Positions 33,561 to 44,325 of a stretch of DNA of 64,000 nucleotides are shown here, one piece after another; positions within the stretch are counted from its first letter, which is position 1; the number at the start of each line of letters is the position of its first letter. A program made the translations under genes and the position numbers. The DNA is from Gammaproteobacteria bacterium (GTDB lineage: Bacteria; Pseudomonadota; Gammaproteobacteria; G965277405), in NCBI GenBank assembly GCA_965277405.1, contig OZ255726.1, forward strand, positions 1,216,001 to 1,280,000. The letters run 5' to 3'. Below the pieces are notes generated by a model that saw only the letters and a list, made by a program, of their open reading frames with translations, was not told the origin of the DNA and made no database searches.

Positions 33561-34769
33561 GGAATCTCTGATTAAGTCCCAAACAACAGCAATATCAGCT
33601 ACAAAGATATACAATGGTGAATCTATTTGAATATTTGAATAAGCGGATAATCTTATGAAACAAACAACTTTTGCCAGTGCTGCATACGACCACAAGAAAG
33701 TAACAACAAAACGTGAAAAATTCTTGCAGTTAATGGACAAATTAGCTCCATGGCAACAGTTGTTAGAGTTAATAGAACCGCATTATCTCAAGAAAGGGAA
33801 TGGCCGCCCACCGATTAATATGCAGACCATGTTACGCGTTTATTTTTTACAGCAATGGTACAACTTATCAGACCCAGGGGTAGAAGAAGCACTATATGAC
33901 ATGGAAAGCATGCGGCGTTTTGCCCATATAGAGCTGATAGACGATGCCATCCCTGATGAAACCACCATCTTGAACTTCCGCAGGATCATAGAAAAACATC
34001 AACTCAGCGTCAAGATACTTGCTGTCGTGAATGAGTATTGTATGGAAAATAATATAATAATCTCACAAGGGACAATGGTTGATGCCACGACCATCAATGC
34101 GCCATCATCTACGAAGAATAAAGAGAAAAAACGGGATCCTGAAATGCATCAAACCCGCAAAGGCAATCAGTGGTATTTTGGCATGAAGATTCATATAGGA
34201 ACTGACGCTAATAGCAATATGATTCATAGCGCGACAGTTACAGCCGCGAATGAAGCTGACATCAATGAACTCCCAAAATTGCTGCGTAAAACAGACAAGG
34301 TTATCTTTGCCGATGCAGGATATACGAGCGACAGTTATAAACGCGGCTCGCGTCACCTTGGGATAGATTGGCGCGTGAATGATAAACGTAAACCAAAGCA
34401 GCAAATGAGCGGCTCGCAGCGCAAACGCAATAGACAGAACTCTAAGGTGCGCGCCCGGATTGAGCACTGTTTTCGGGTAATCAAATGTCAGTTTGGTTAT
34501 AAGAAAGCTCGCTACAAAGGACTAGAAAAGAATCGAGTACAAGTATTTTCTTTGCTTGCATTGACGAACTTATACATGCTGCGAGGACGACTAACAGGAT
34601 AGAACCGCCCAAAATTCAAGAAAAACAATAAAAAACAGTAAAAAACAGTAAAACAGCAACACGAAGATCAGCGAAATGATCAAATATTGACCATTGAAAA
34701 TTATTGCTATTATTTTTTTGGAGTATATGCGAGTTATTGGAGTATATGAGCGTCTTAATCAGAGCTTCC
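33561..34769 (+). mobile_element. IS5-family element, copy 2 (intact)
   Basis: Near-identical to copy 1; flanked by a TTAG direct repeat. Confidence 0.97.
33655..34602 (+). CDS. IS5-family DDE transposase
   Basis: 315 aa; a few substitutions relative to copy 1. Confidence 0.97.
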   Translation: MKQTTFASAAYDHKKVTTKREKFLQLMDKLAPWQQLLELIEPHYLKKGNGRPPINMQTMLRVYFLQQWYNLSDPGVEEALYDMESMRRFAHIELIDDAIPDETTILNFRRIIEKHQLSVKILAVVNEYCMENNIIISQGTMVDATTINAPSSTKNKEKKRDPEMHQTRKGNQWYFGMKIHIGTDANSNMIHSATVTAANEADINELPKLLRKTDKVIFADAGYTSDSYKRGSRHLGIDWRVNDKRKPKQQMSGSQRKRNRQNSKVRARIEHCFRVIKCQFGYKKARYKGLEKNRVQVFSLLALTNLYMLRGRLTG

Positions 34770-34773
34770 TTAG

Positions 34774-34835
34774 CATGTGTATTGCTGCAGAGTGTCTGAT
34801 AAACTCAATGCATCAAGGAGTTAATCAGAGCTTCC
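34774..34835. mobile_element. Orphan right end of a related element
   Basis: TTAATCAGAGCTTCC at 34821-34835 with a subterminal sequence unlike copies 1-5. Confidence 0.6.
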
Positions 34836-35052
34836 TCAAGTATTGTATTGCTTTGTATGCAACCCCTACGTTGTTTGTATCAGTATTTGTGTTGCCTTTA
34901 CGCTACATCCTCATAAAAAATTAGCTACAACAAGCAGTTGACCAACAAAAATATTTTAGTAGAGCAATGAAACATAAACGGAACTGCACAGTACAATTAC
35001 TGTGGCTTTCCTGCATGCCTCATCACAACCTGCCATTCACAAGAGAGTATTT

Positions 35053-35394
35053 ATGTCGACAATATTTAGCAAGATTATTAACAAGGAAATACCTGCAGAC
35101 ATCGTCTATGAAGATGATAGTTGTTTGGCATTTGCAGATATAGCACCAGTTGCCCCAGTGCATATTTTAATTATTCCTAAACGCACGGACCTTCCAACAT
35201 TGAATGATCTACGCGAAACAGACGAGCAACTGCTTGGTCATATGGTTATTGTTGCTCAAAAAATTGCTGAGCAATTTAATATTGCCAACAGTGGCTGGCG
35301 ATTAGTGTGCAATGTTAATGGTGATGCAGGCCAAGTTGTGTATCACATTCATTTTCATGTTCTCGGGGGTAACAAGCTCAATAGTATTGGTTAG
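35053..35394 (+). CDS. hinT: HIT-family purine nucleoside phosphoramidase
   Basis: TIFSKII.KEIP, AF.DI.P.AP.H.L.IPK and the triad HIHFH. Confidence 0.93.
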   Translation: MSTIFSKIINKEIPADIVYEDDSCLAFADIAPVAPVHILIIPKRTDLPTLNDLRETDEQLLGHMVIVAQKIAEQFNIANSGWRLVCNVNGDAGQVVYHIHFHVLGGNKLNSIG

Positions 35395-36612
35395 GGAATC
35401 TCTGATTAAGACGCTCATATACTCCAATAACTCGCATATACTCCAAAAAAATAATAGCAATAATTTTCAATGGTCAATATTTGATCATTTCGCAGATCTT
35501 CTGTTGCTGTTTTACTGTTTTTTACTGTTTTTTATTGTTTTTCTTGAATTTTGGGCGGTTCTATCCTGTTAGTCGTCCTCGCAGCATGTATAAGTTCGTC
35601 AATGCCAGCAAAGAAAATACTTGTACTCGATTCTTTTCTAGTCCTTTGTAGCGAGCTTTCTTATAACCAAACTGACATTTGATTACCCGAAAACAGTGCT
35701 CAATCCGGGCGCGCACCTTAGAGTTCTGTCTATTGCGTTTGCGCTGCGAGCCGCTCATTTGCTGCTTTGGTTTACGTTTATCATTCACGCGCCAATCTAT
35801 CCCAAGGTGACGCGAGCCGCGTTTATAACTGTCGCTCGTATATCCTGCATCGGCAAAGATAACCTTATCTGTTTCACGCAGCAATTTGGGGAGTTCATTG
35901 ATGTCAGCTTCATTCGCGGCTGTGGTGGTAGGCATTGCCGCGCTATGCATCATATTGCTATTAGCGTCAGTTCCTATATGAATCTTCATGCCAAAATACC
36001 ACTGATTGCCTTTGCGGGTTTGATGCATTTCAGGATCCCGTTTTTTCTCTTTATTCTTCGTAGATGATGGCGCATTGATGGTCGTGGCATCAACCATTGT
36101 CCCTTGTGAGATTATTATATTATTTTCCATACAATACTCATTCACGACAGCAAGTATCTTGACGCTGAGTTGATGTTTTTCTATGATCCTGCGGAAGTTC
36201 AAGATGGTGGTTTCATCAGGGATGGCATCGTCTATCAGCTCTATATGGGCAAAACGCCGCATGCTTTCCATGTCATATAGTGCTTCTTCTACCCCTGGGT
36301 CTGATAAGTTGTACCATTGCTGTAAAAAATAAATGCGTAACATGGTCTGCATATTAATCGGTGGGCGGCCATTCCCTTTCTTGGGATAATGCGGTTCTAT
36401 TAACTCTAACAACTGTTGCCATGGAGCTAATTTGTCCATTAACTGCAAGAATTTTTTTTGGTTTCATTGTTACTTTCTTGTGGTCGTATGCAGCACTGGC
36501 AAAAGTTCTTTGTTTCATAAGATTATCCGCTTATTCAAATATTCAAATAGATTCACCATTGTATATCTTTCTAGCTGATATTGCTGTTGTTTGGGACTTA
36601 ATCAGAGTTTCC
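35395..36612 (-). mobile_element. IS5-family element, copy 3 (transposase 35561-36518 with an N-terminal +1 frameshift)
   Basis: Both IRs present; CC+A8 replaces CGTGAAAAA; net 9-bp insertion (AAMPTTTAANE). Confidence 0.95.
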
Positions 36613-36616
36613 CTAG

Positions 36617-37854
36617 GGAAGCTCTGATTAAGACGCTCATATACTCCAATAACTCGCATATACTCCAAAAAAATAATAGCAATAATTTTCAATGGTCAAT
36701 ATTTGACGATTTCGCTGATCTTCGTGTTGCTGTTTTACTGTTTTTTACTGTTTTTTACTGTTTTTATTGTTTTTTACTGTTTTTCTTGAATTTTGGGCGG
36801 TTCTATCCTGTTAGTCGTCCGCGCAGCATGTATAAGTTCGTCAATGCAAGCAAAGAAAATACTTGTACTCGATTCTTTTCTAGTCCTTTGTAGCGAGCTT
36901 TCTTATAACCAAACTGACATTTGATTACCCGAAAACAGTGCTCAATCCGGGCGCGCATTAGAGTTCTGTCTATTGCGTTTGCGCTGCGAGGTGCTCATTT
37001 GCTGCTTTGGTTTACGTTTATCATTCACGCGCCAATCTATCCCAAGGTGACGCGAGCCGCGTTTATAACTGTCGCTCGTATATCCTGCATCGGCAAAGAT
37101 AACCTTATCTGTTTCACGCAGCAATTTGGGGAGTTCATTGATGTCAGCTTCATTCGCGGCTGTCGTGGTAGGCATTGCCGCGCTATGAATCATATTGCTA
37201 TTAGCGTCAGTTCCTATATGAATCTTCATGCCAAAATACCACTGATTTCCTTTGCGGGTTTGATGCATTTCAGGATCACGGGCTTTCTCTTTATTCTTCG
37301 TAGATGATGGCGCATTGATGGTCGTGGCATCAACCATTGTCCCTTGTGAGATTATTATATTATTTTCCATACAATACTCATTCACCACAGCAAGTATCTT
37401 GACGCTGAGTTGATGTTTTTCTATGATCCTGCGGGCAAGTTCAAGATGGTGGTTTCATCAGGGATGGCATCGTCTATCAGCTCTATCTGGGCAAAACGCC
37501 GCATGCTTTCCATGTCATATAGTGCTTCTTCTACCCCTGGGTCTGATAAGTTGTACCATTGCTGTAAACAATAAACGCGTAACATGGTCTGCATATTAAT
37601 CGGTGGGCGGCCATTCCCTTTCTTGGGATAATGCGGTTCTATTAACTCTAACAACTGTTGCCATGGAGCTAATTTGTCCATTAACTGCAAGAATTTTTTT
37701 TGGTTTCATTGTTACTTTCTTGTGGTCGTATGCAGCACTGGCAAAAGTTGTTTGTTTCATAAGATTATCCGCTTATTCAAATATTCAAATAGATTCACCA
37801 TTGTATATCTTTGTAGCTGATATTGCTGTTGTTTGGGACTTAATCAGAGATTCC
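36617..37854 (-). mobile_element. IS5-family element, copy 4 (transposase 36803-37760, multiple frameshifts)
   Basis: Both IRs present; flanked by CTAG / TTAG; ORF split into fragments. Confidence 0.95.
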
Positions 37855-38752
37855 TTAGAGTTCTGTGTATTGCGTTGGCGCTGCGAGCCGCTCATTTGCT
37901 GCTTTTGGTTTACGTTTATCATTCACGCGCCAATCTATCCCAAGGTGACGCGAGCCGCGTTTATAACTGTCGCTCGTATATCCTGCATCGGCAAAGATAA
38001 CCTTATCTGTTTCACGCAGCAATTTGGGGAGTTCATTGATGTCCGCTGCATTCGCGGCTGTGGTGGTGGGCATTGCCGCGCTATGCATCATATTGCTATT
38101 AGCGTCAGTTCCTATATGAATCTTCATGCCAAAATACCACTGATTGCCTTTCCTTGTTTGATGCATTTCAGGATCCCGTTTTTTCTCTTTATTCTTCATA
38201 GATGATGGCGCATTGATGGTCGTGGCATCAACCATTGTCCCTTGTGAGATTATTATATTATTTTCCATACAATACTCATTCACCACAGCAAGTATCTTGA
38301 CGCTGAGTTGATGTTTTTCTATGATCCTGCGGGCCAGTTCAAGATGGTGGTTTCATCAGGGATGGCATCGTCTATCAGCTCTATCTGGGCAAAACGCCGC
38401 ATGCTTCCCATGTCTACAGTGCTTCTGCTACGCCTGGGTCTGATAAGTTGTACCATTGCTGTAAAAAATAAATGCGTAACATGGTCTGCATATTAATTGG
38501 TGGGCGGCCATTCCCTTTCTTGGGATAATGCGGTTCTATTAACTCTAACAACTGTTGCCATGGAGCTAATTTGTCCATTAACTGCAAGAATTTTTTTTGG
38601 TTTCATTGTTACTTTCTTGTGGAAAGTATGCAGCACTGGCAAAAGTTCTTTGTTTCATAAGATTATCCGCTTATTCAAATATTCAAATAGATTCACCATT
38701 GTATATCTTTGTAGCTGATATTGCTGTTGTTTGGGACTTAATCAGAGTTTCC
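37855..38752 (-). mobile_element. IS5-family element, copy 5 (3'-truncated, frameshifted)
   Basis: Left IR ends at 38752; the element stops at its internal TTAG, where copy 4 abuts. Confidence 0.92.
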
Positions 38753-38756
38753 TTAA

Positions 38757-40051
38757 TAAGGTATAATGTTTCTTTTCCTGAGATAATTCGATGCGAGGAA
38801 CTGATTTCACCCAAGCTAGAATGTTCAGCACCCTGTCGCCTGCAAGCGCAGTACCCCAAAATCACCCAATTCTCCATATCAAGAAAATGGTCGATGTGGC
38901 GTTGTAGGAGATGAAGGGCCACTTCAATACTTTGTATGCCCCAAGCTGACGAGCAGGCATACCACCAGAGAAATTATTGCGTGCCCAGTTGTTGATGGCG
39001 CTTTTCACGATCCGCAGCGAACGTGCGTTGATGGAGCAAATTGGCTATAACCTGATGTTCCGTTGGTTTGTCGGTTTTTGTATGGATGATGGTATTTGGA
39101 ATCACTCAACCTTCACCAAAAACCGCGATCGTCTTCTTGCGGGAAATACTGCTGTTGAGTTTTTCATTCGCATCAAACAACAGGCTGAAACAGCAGGTCT
39201 TCTTGCAGACGAACATTTCAGTGTGGATGGAACATTGCTTCATGCGCTGGCATCAGTGAAAAGCTTCCACAAGCAAGACGACGATGACCACAATTATGGC
39301 AGCAGCAACAAACGGATTGATTTCAAAGGCAAGAAACGCCACCGCGCTACCCACCAATCTACCACAGATCCCGAAGCGCGCTTTGGCAAGAAAAGCCAAG
39401 CCCAAGCGGCAATACCGTGTTAGGTGGGCAATATTATGATTGAGAACCGCAATGGTTTGGTGGTAGACGCACATAGCAAACAGTTCAGCGGCACCGCTGC
39501 AACAGATGCTGCGATACCGATGCTGCGATAAAAATGCTTGCCAATATTCCAAGAAATCCCCAAGTGACATTGGCAGCGGACAAGAAATACGACACCAAAG
39601 GCCTTGTCAAGCAATGCCAAGCAATGCCGTGAATTGAGCGTAACGCCCCACGTTGCGCAAAACACAGCAAAACGAAGTTCATCAATAGATCAACGAACGA
39701 CGAGACACCCCGGGTATCAAACCAGCCAAAAAGTACGCAAACGCATAGAATAAGACTTTGGCTGGGCTAAGACTATTGGCGGACTTCACAAAGGAAAGTA
39801 TGTGGTAATAGCAAAGTGAACCATCAATTTGTATTCACCATGGCCGCGTATCACTTGGTACGCATGCGCAATCTTGGTGTTGTACCATGCTGATTTGCAA
39901 CGGCAACGGACAGCCCACGCCCAAAATTGGAAACGTGGTAGTTTCACACGGAATACCACCAAAATCCGCCCTAATAACAGCTGATGTGCGCTAAAAAATC
40001 AATTTTGGCAGTCTTGAGGCTTATATTATACGATAAATTTTCAACAGCCTG
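38757..40051 (+). mobile_element. Different IS5-family element with a pseudogenised transposase (38791-39893); left end lost
   Basis: MRGTD..Q..MFS, PPE.LLRA.LL.ALF.IRSER.LMEQI.YNL.FRWFVG, HFSVDGTL and STTDPEA; right end TTTTCAACAGCCTG followed by TTAA. Confidence 0.88.
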
Positions 40052-40055
40052 TTAA

Positions 40056-40110
40056 GTCTCAGCAGCGTTTTTGCTCCGTCGCGCCCATTATGGACTTAAT
40101 CAAAGATTCC
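40056..40110 (-). mobile_element. Inverted partial copy of the MITE left end
   Basis: Reverse complement GGAATCTTTGATTAAGTCCATAATGGGCGCGACGGAGCAAAAACGCTG matches 32041 onward; followed by TTAG. Confidence 0.85.
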
Positions 40111-40210
40111 TTAGCCATTGTATAGACAAGTAACCTGCGAGGTCTGTTGTCAACATATTTTGCAGCAACACAACACCATCAGCAGTCACCGTGACCAACT
40201 CCATTGCAAG

Positions 40211-40257
40211 GGAAGCTATGATTAAGTCGTTGATGAAGCGAGCTAATCAGAGCTTAC
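40211..40257. mobile_element. 47-bp mini-element with both IS-type ends
   Basis: GGAAGCTATGATTAAGTCGTTGATGAAGCGAG resembles the reverse complement of the MITE right end; closes with TAATCAGAGCTTAC. Confidence 0.7.
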
Positions 40258-40310
40258 TTTAGTATCAATTCACCTCCTAGTCTCAACTGGCTTGTGTATA
40301 GTTGGCTTAC

Positions 40311-41012
40311 TTACGCTTCAATCATGTAGCCAAGTTTACTTTTGGTTTTAATGTTCAAGTTCGAATTATGCGATTTTAGTAGGTTGCGAATTTTACGAAT
40401 ATGCACGTCGACTGTGCGGGGTTCTATAACTCTGTCGTTTTCCCAAACATTGTCAATTATCTCGTCACGGCTGAGATATTTTTTTTCATTTTGCAGCAAC
40501 AACACCAGCAGTTGAAATGTTCGATGCGGCAAGCTGGTTGCTGTTGTGCCAATGAGAATTTTTTTTTGTTTAACATCAACTTGTACATCGCCTGATTGCA
40601 GGGTATTGAGTGCTGCTGGCTGTTTACGGCGGATGACTGCACTGATGCGTGCAATCAAAGTGTTGATTGAAAACGGCTTAGTAATAAAGTCATCGGCGCC
40701 AAGGTTAAGCGCGCGAATTTGATCTGCCTCTGTTTGCCGTGCTGTAAGCATAACTACAGGAATTGTTGAAAACGCGGGGAGACTCTTGAGTTGTTCTAAC
40801 CAGCTGATACCGCTTGTTCTTGGTAACATCCAGTCGAGTAAAATAACGTGTATTTTATGGGTTTGCAGAATTTTATCAGCATCTTTGGTATTGCTCACAC
40901 TAATGGTTTGTAAGCCAGCACTGCCGAGAGCATCACACAGCAATTGAGCAATAGATTGCTCGTCTTCGACTATCAACACAGTTCCGCGCATCGTTACGAT
41001 TGTATGTGGCAT
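40311..41012 (-). CDS. phoB: Phosphate regulon response regulator
   Basis: LIVEDE, LLDWMLP, MLTAR, GADDFITKPFS and RTVDVHIRK; follows phoU. Alternative start at 40991. Confidence 0.88.
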   Translation of the reverse strand: MPHTIVTMRGTVLIVEDEQSIAQLLCDALGSAGLQTISVSNTKDADKILQTHKIHVILLDWMLPRTSGISWLEQLKSLPAFSTIPVVMLTARQTEADQIRALNLGADDFITKPFSINTLIARISAVIRRKQPAALNTLQSGDVQVDVKQKKILIGTTATSLPHRTFQLLVLLLQNEKKYLSRDEIIDNVWENDRVIEPRTVDVHIRKIRNLLKSHNSNLNIKTKSKLGYMIEA

Positions 41013-41044
41013 AAATTAGTGGCATAAATTAGTGGCATAAATTA
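41006..41044. repeat. 13-bp x3 tandem repeat spanning the phoU stop and phoB start
   Basis: Minus strand reads (TAATTTATGCCAC)3, perfect copies. Confidence 0.95.
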
Positions 41045-41773
41045 TTCGTTGTCGTGCTTAGCAATTATTTTTCGCAGTTTGCGCCTGCCTTTATGGCGAA
41101 TGTCTTCGCCTGCTATCACGTAATATAAGCTAACAACGATATTACAGACATGGTCACCGATGCGTTCTAGCGAGCGTGCAACCAATGATACTTGGATGTT
41201 ATGGCGTAAGTTTGCCTCATCATCACTCAACATATTCAAAGGCAGCAATGCTTGACGAGTCATTTCATCGACATTTCGATCCATTTTTATAACATTTGCG
41301 GCATCTTCTAAATTCAGTCTTGCAAACGAGTCTAACGCCAGCGTTAGCATTGTATCTACATGCGCTAAGACTGGGGTTAAAAAACTTCTTGTCTGTTCGA
41401 GTTGGTTCATACCCGCATCATCTAATACCAGTTCGGCAACTCTGGTAAGCTCATCGCCAATACGCTCTAGGTCTGAAGTAATTTTAATACCTGCTATCAA
41501 TAAGCGTAAATCTCCAGCGATTGGTTGTTGTGTGGCGATGGTGTTCACACAACTTTCGTTAATATCCAGATCAAGGCGGTCGATAATCTCATCGTTATCG
41601 ATGATTTCGTTGGCTTTAGCTATGCTCAATTCATCGAGTGCTTGTTGTGATAAGGCGATTTGATTTTCAATAATTCCTCCAAGCTTGAGGATGTTTGCAA
41701 AAATATCGGTGAGCTCCTGGTTAAAACGCTCAGATATATGACGTTGAAATGCGACTTGTCGTGTTGTATCCAT
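41042..41773 (-). CDS. phoU: Phosphate signalling protein
   Basis: QPIAGDLR, DLERIGD and SLERIGDH; start at MDTT. Confidence 0.95.
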   Translation of the reverse strand: MDTTRQVAFQRHISERFNQELTDIFANILKLGGIIENQIALSQQALDELSIAKANEIIDNDEIIDRLDLDINESCVNTIATQQPIAGDLRLLIAGIKITSDLERIGDELTRVAELVLDDAGMNQLEQTRSFLTPVLAHVDTMLTLALDSFARLNLEDAANVIKMDRNVDEMTRQALLPLNMLSDDEANLRHNIQVSLVARSLERIGDHVCNIVVSLYYVIAGEDIRHKGRRKLRKIIAKHDNE

Positions 41774-41774
41774 A

Positions 41775-42611
41775 TTATCCAAACTTCCCTGTAATGTAGT
41801 TTTCTGTTTCAATTTTCTCGGGTGTGGTGAAGAGCTTTTCTGTGCTTGAATACTCAATCAACTCTCCAAGATACAGGAATGCGGTGTAATCTGATACACG
41901 TGCTGCCTGTTGCATGTTGTGGGTCACAATCACAATTGTAAATTGATTGCGCAGTTCAAAAATCAATTCTTCGATATGCAGTGTAGAAATGGGGTCTAGT
42001 GAAGACGTTGGTTCATCGAGCAATAAAATTTCAGGTTCCAGTGCGATTGCTCTGGCTATTACTAAGCGCTGTTGCTGTCCACCTGATATTCCTAATGCAT
42101 TTTCATGCAAGCGGTCTTTCACTTCACCCCATAGTCCTGCGCTTTTGAGTGAGTGCTCGACACGGTCTGTAAGTTCACCTTTGTTGTTCTTGCCTTGAAT
42201 GCGCAGCCCATACGCAACGTTTTCAAAAATTGTTTTTGGAAATGGATTTGGCTTTTGGAACACCATGCCAATGCGGCGGCGTAATTCACTGACGTTGACG
42301 CGTTGATCATAAATGTCTTCATCATTAATTTTGATGGTTCCTTCAAGTTGAATTCCATCAACAAGATCATTAATTCTGTTGTAACAACGCAGTAATGTTG
42401 ATTTACCACAACCACTAGGACCGATAAATGCTGTCACCTTTTTCTCACCAATATCCAGCGAGATGTTTTTCAACGCCTTGCTTACTCCATCGTATGATAA
42501 TGATAGGTTTTCAGTTCTTATAACAATGTTTTCATTGTTGATATCAAGATTTTTTTCAACCCCTTTAACTGATTGGGTGAAACTCTGAGTTCTTTGGTCG
42601 CGTAGATTCAT
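41775..42611 (-). CDS. pstB: Phosphate ABC transporter ATPase
   Basis: [24 protein letters not shown] and YITGKFG. Confidence 0.97.
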   Translation of the reverse strand: MNLRDQRTQSFTQSVKGVEKNLDINNENIVIRTENLSLSYDGVSKALKNISLDIGEKKVTAFIGPSGCGKSTLLRCYNRINDLVDGIQLEGTIKINDEDIYDQRVNVSELRRRIGMVFQKPNPFPKTIFENVAYGLRIQGKNNKGELTDRVEHSLKSAGLWGEVKDRLHENALGISGGQQQRLVIARAIALEPEILLLDEPTSSLDPISTLHIEELIFELRNQFTIVIVTHNMQQAARVSDYTAFLYLGELIEYSSTEKLFTTPEKIETENYITGKFG

Positions 42612-42614
42612 AAT

Positions 42615-44249
42615 TTAGTTATCAAGCATTTTATATTTTTCACGCAAACGATTACGTAACCATACGGCGGTTAAATTCAAAGCAACAACAACCAGCACTA
42701 ACAATAAGGCTGTTGCATACACAAGTGGTCGCGTTGCATCGACGTTCGGGCTTTGAAATCCGACATCGTAAATATGAAAGCCAAGGTGCATAAACTTTCT
42801 ATCAAGATGGATAAATGGTGCTGTTGCATCGATGACTAAGTCTGGAGCTAGTTTCACAACACCGACGAGCATCAATGGTGCAACTTCACCTGCTGCACGC
42901 GCGATTGCCAAAATGAGTCCTGTCATCATTGCTGGGCTAGACATTGGCAGCACAACTTTCCACAGAGTTTCAAACTTTGTTGCCCCGAGTGCGAGTGAGC
43001 CTTCACGCAGGTGGGACGGTACCCGCGTCAGCCCTTCTTCTGTAGAGACAATAACCACAGGTAAGGTGAGTAACGCCAACGTTAATGATGACCAGAGTAT
43101 GCCTGGAGAGCCAAAGGTTGGTGCTGGCAATGATTCAGGGAAGAACAAAGTATCTATTGTTCCTCCAAGAAAATACACAAAAAACCCAAGACCGAATACG
43201 CCGTACACCACCGACGGCACTCCAGCAAGATTGTTGACCGAAATACGTATCAGGCGGGTAAAAATATTTTGCTTTGCATATTCACGCAAGTAAATCGCGG
43301 CGACTACGCCCATTGGCGTTACGAAAATTGTCATTATGAAGATCATCGCCACTGTGCCAAAAATTGCTGGGAATACTCCACCTTCGGTGTTTGCCTCGCG
43401 CGGGTCCATTGTGAGGAAATCTTTAATTTTGATCAAAAAGAAACCTATCTTATCGATGAAACCGAATGTATTTGGCTGGTACAGCCGCACCACTTTTCCT
43501 AGTGGAATCGAGAGTTTTTCTCCATGGATTGATTCCACTTGTATTGCGCAAAGTTCATTTATTTGTTGGTTGAGGTTACCAAGCGTTGCCAACTGTTGCT
43601 CGTATACTGCATCCAGTTGTCGCTGCTTGTTATCAAGTGTTGCTGTCTGTGTAGGGAGTTCTTTACCAGATAAATCTATTTTTTTTCTTTCAAGGCGTAA
43701 TGCTTCAATAAGCTGATTGGTCTTGCTTATTCCGCGCTGTTCGAGCGCATGTCGCTGTACGACCATTTGTTGTGCATCTGCAATGTCAGTATGTAATGCA
43801 GTTATGCGAATTGATGAATATTCATTGTTACACGCATAGTTTTTTTCTTGCATAAATCCAATGAAATTACCATATTCCTGCCGTTCAATGACGACTACAT
43901 TTTGCGGGGCTTGTGTGGTAATAACTTGATCGTGCCATATCCACTTAAAATCTATGCCGTGTAGTCTCCTGTTACCGATTTTTATCAACATCCTGCGTCG
44001 ATTTGCATCTTGTGCTGGATCATAGCCTTGCTCGTCTTCGACAACCTCACCTAAGATCACATGCTGCTGTTGATCATCGCCGACCAAAGTAAATTGTTGG
44101 ACTGCTGTTGGCCAAAAATAGCGAATTCCTTCATAGGCAATCATCCCGATCAGCCCAACGACCATTATTATTGAGATAGAAACCGTTGAGGCATATAACC
44201 ACAGCCACGGACTGCCGTTGGTGAGCCAATTGTTTTGCTTGAGATTCAT
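42615..44249 (-). CDS. pstA: Phosphate ABC transporter permease, long form
   Basis: PREANTEGGVFPAIFGT, NLAGVPS and ARAAGEVAP. Confidence 0.95.
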   Translation of the reverse strand: MNLKQNNWLTNGSPWLWLYASTVSISIIMVVGLIGMIAYEGIRYFWPTAVQQFTLVGDDQQQHVILGEVVEDEQGYDPAQDANRRRMLIKIGNRRLHGIDFKWIWHDQVITTQAPQNVVVIERQEYGNFIGFMQEKNYACNNEYSSIRITALHTDIADAQQMVVQRHALEQRGISKTNQLIEALRLERKKIDLSGKELPTQTATLDNKQRQLDAVYEQQLATLGNLNQQINELCAIQVESIHGEKLSIPLGKVVRLYQPNTFGFIDKIGFFLIKIKDFLTMDPREANTEGGVFPAIFGTVAMIFIMTIFVTPMGVVAAIYLREYAKQNIFTRLIRISVNNLAGVPSVVYGVFGLGFFVYFLGGTIDTLFFPESLPAPTFGSPGILWSSLTLALLTLPVVIVSTEEGLTRVPSHLREGSLALGATKFETLWKVVLPMSSPAMMTGLILAIARAAGEVAPLMLVGVVKLAPDLVIDATAPFIHLDRKFMHLGFHIYDVGFQSPNVDATRPLVYATALLLVLVVVALNLTAVWLRNRLREKYKMLDN

Positions 44250-44325
44250 GAGCGACCTTGGGTGAGGGTGCTGAACGCAGCGATGCTTGTTCTAGCTGCG
44301 ATACGAAGCGATTTTATCAACTGTT

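Noticed and set aside
35053-35394. hinT as a defence-system effector
   Set aside because: It is a standard housekeeping HinT sequence with no partner genes; only its IS context is notable.
32873-38914. Repeated antisense ORFs inside the IS copies
   Set aside because: Their conservation follows from copy identity; no independent coding evidence, although E. coli IS5 does have small antisense ORFs.
32037-40257. Recurrent GGAA.CTCTGATTAAG motif as a CRISPR or attC array
   Set aside because: These are IS/MITE terminal repeats separated by transposase genes; there are no regular unique spacers, cas genes or integron integrase.
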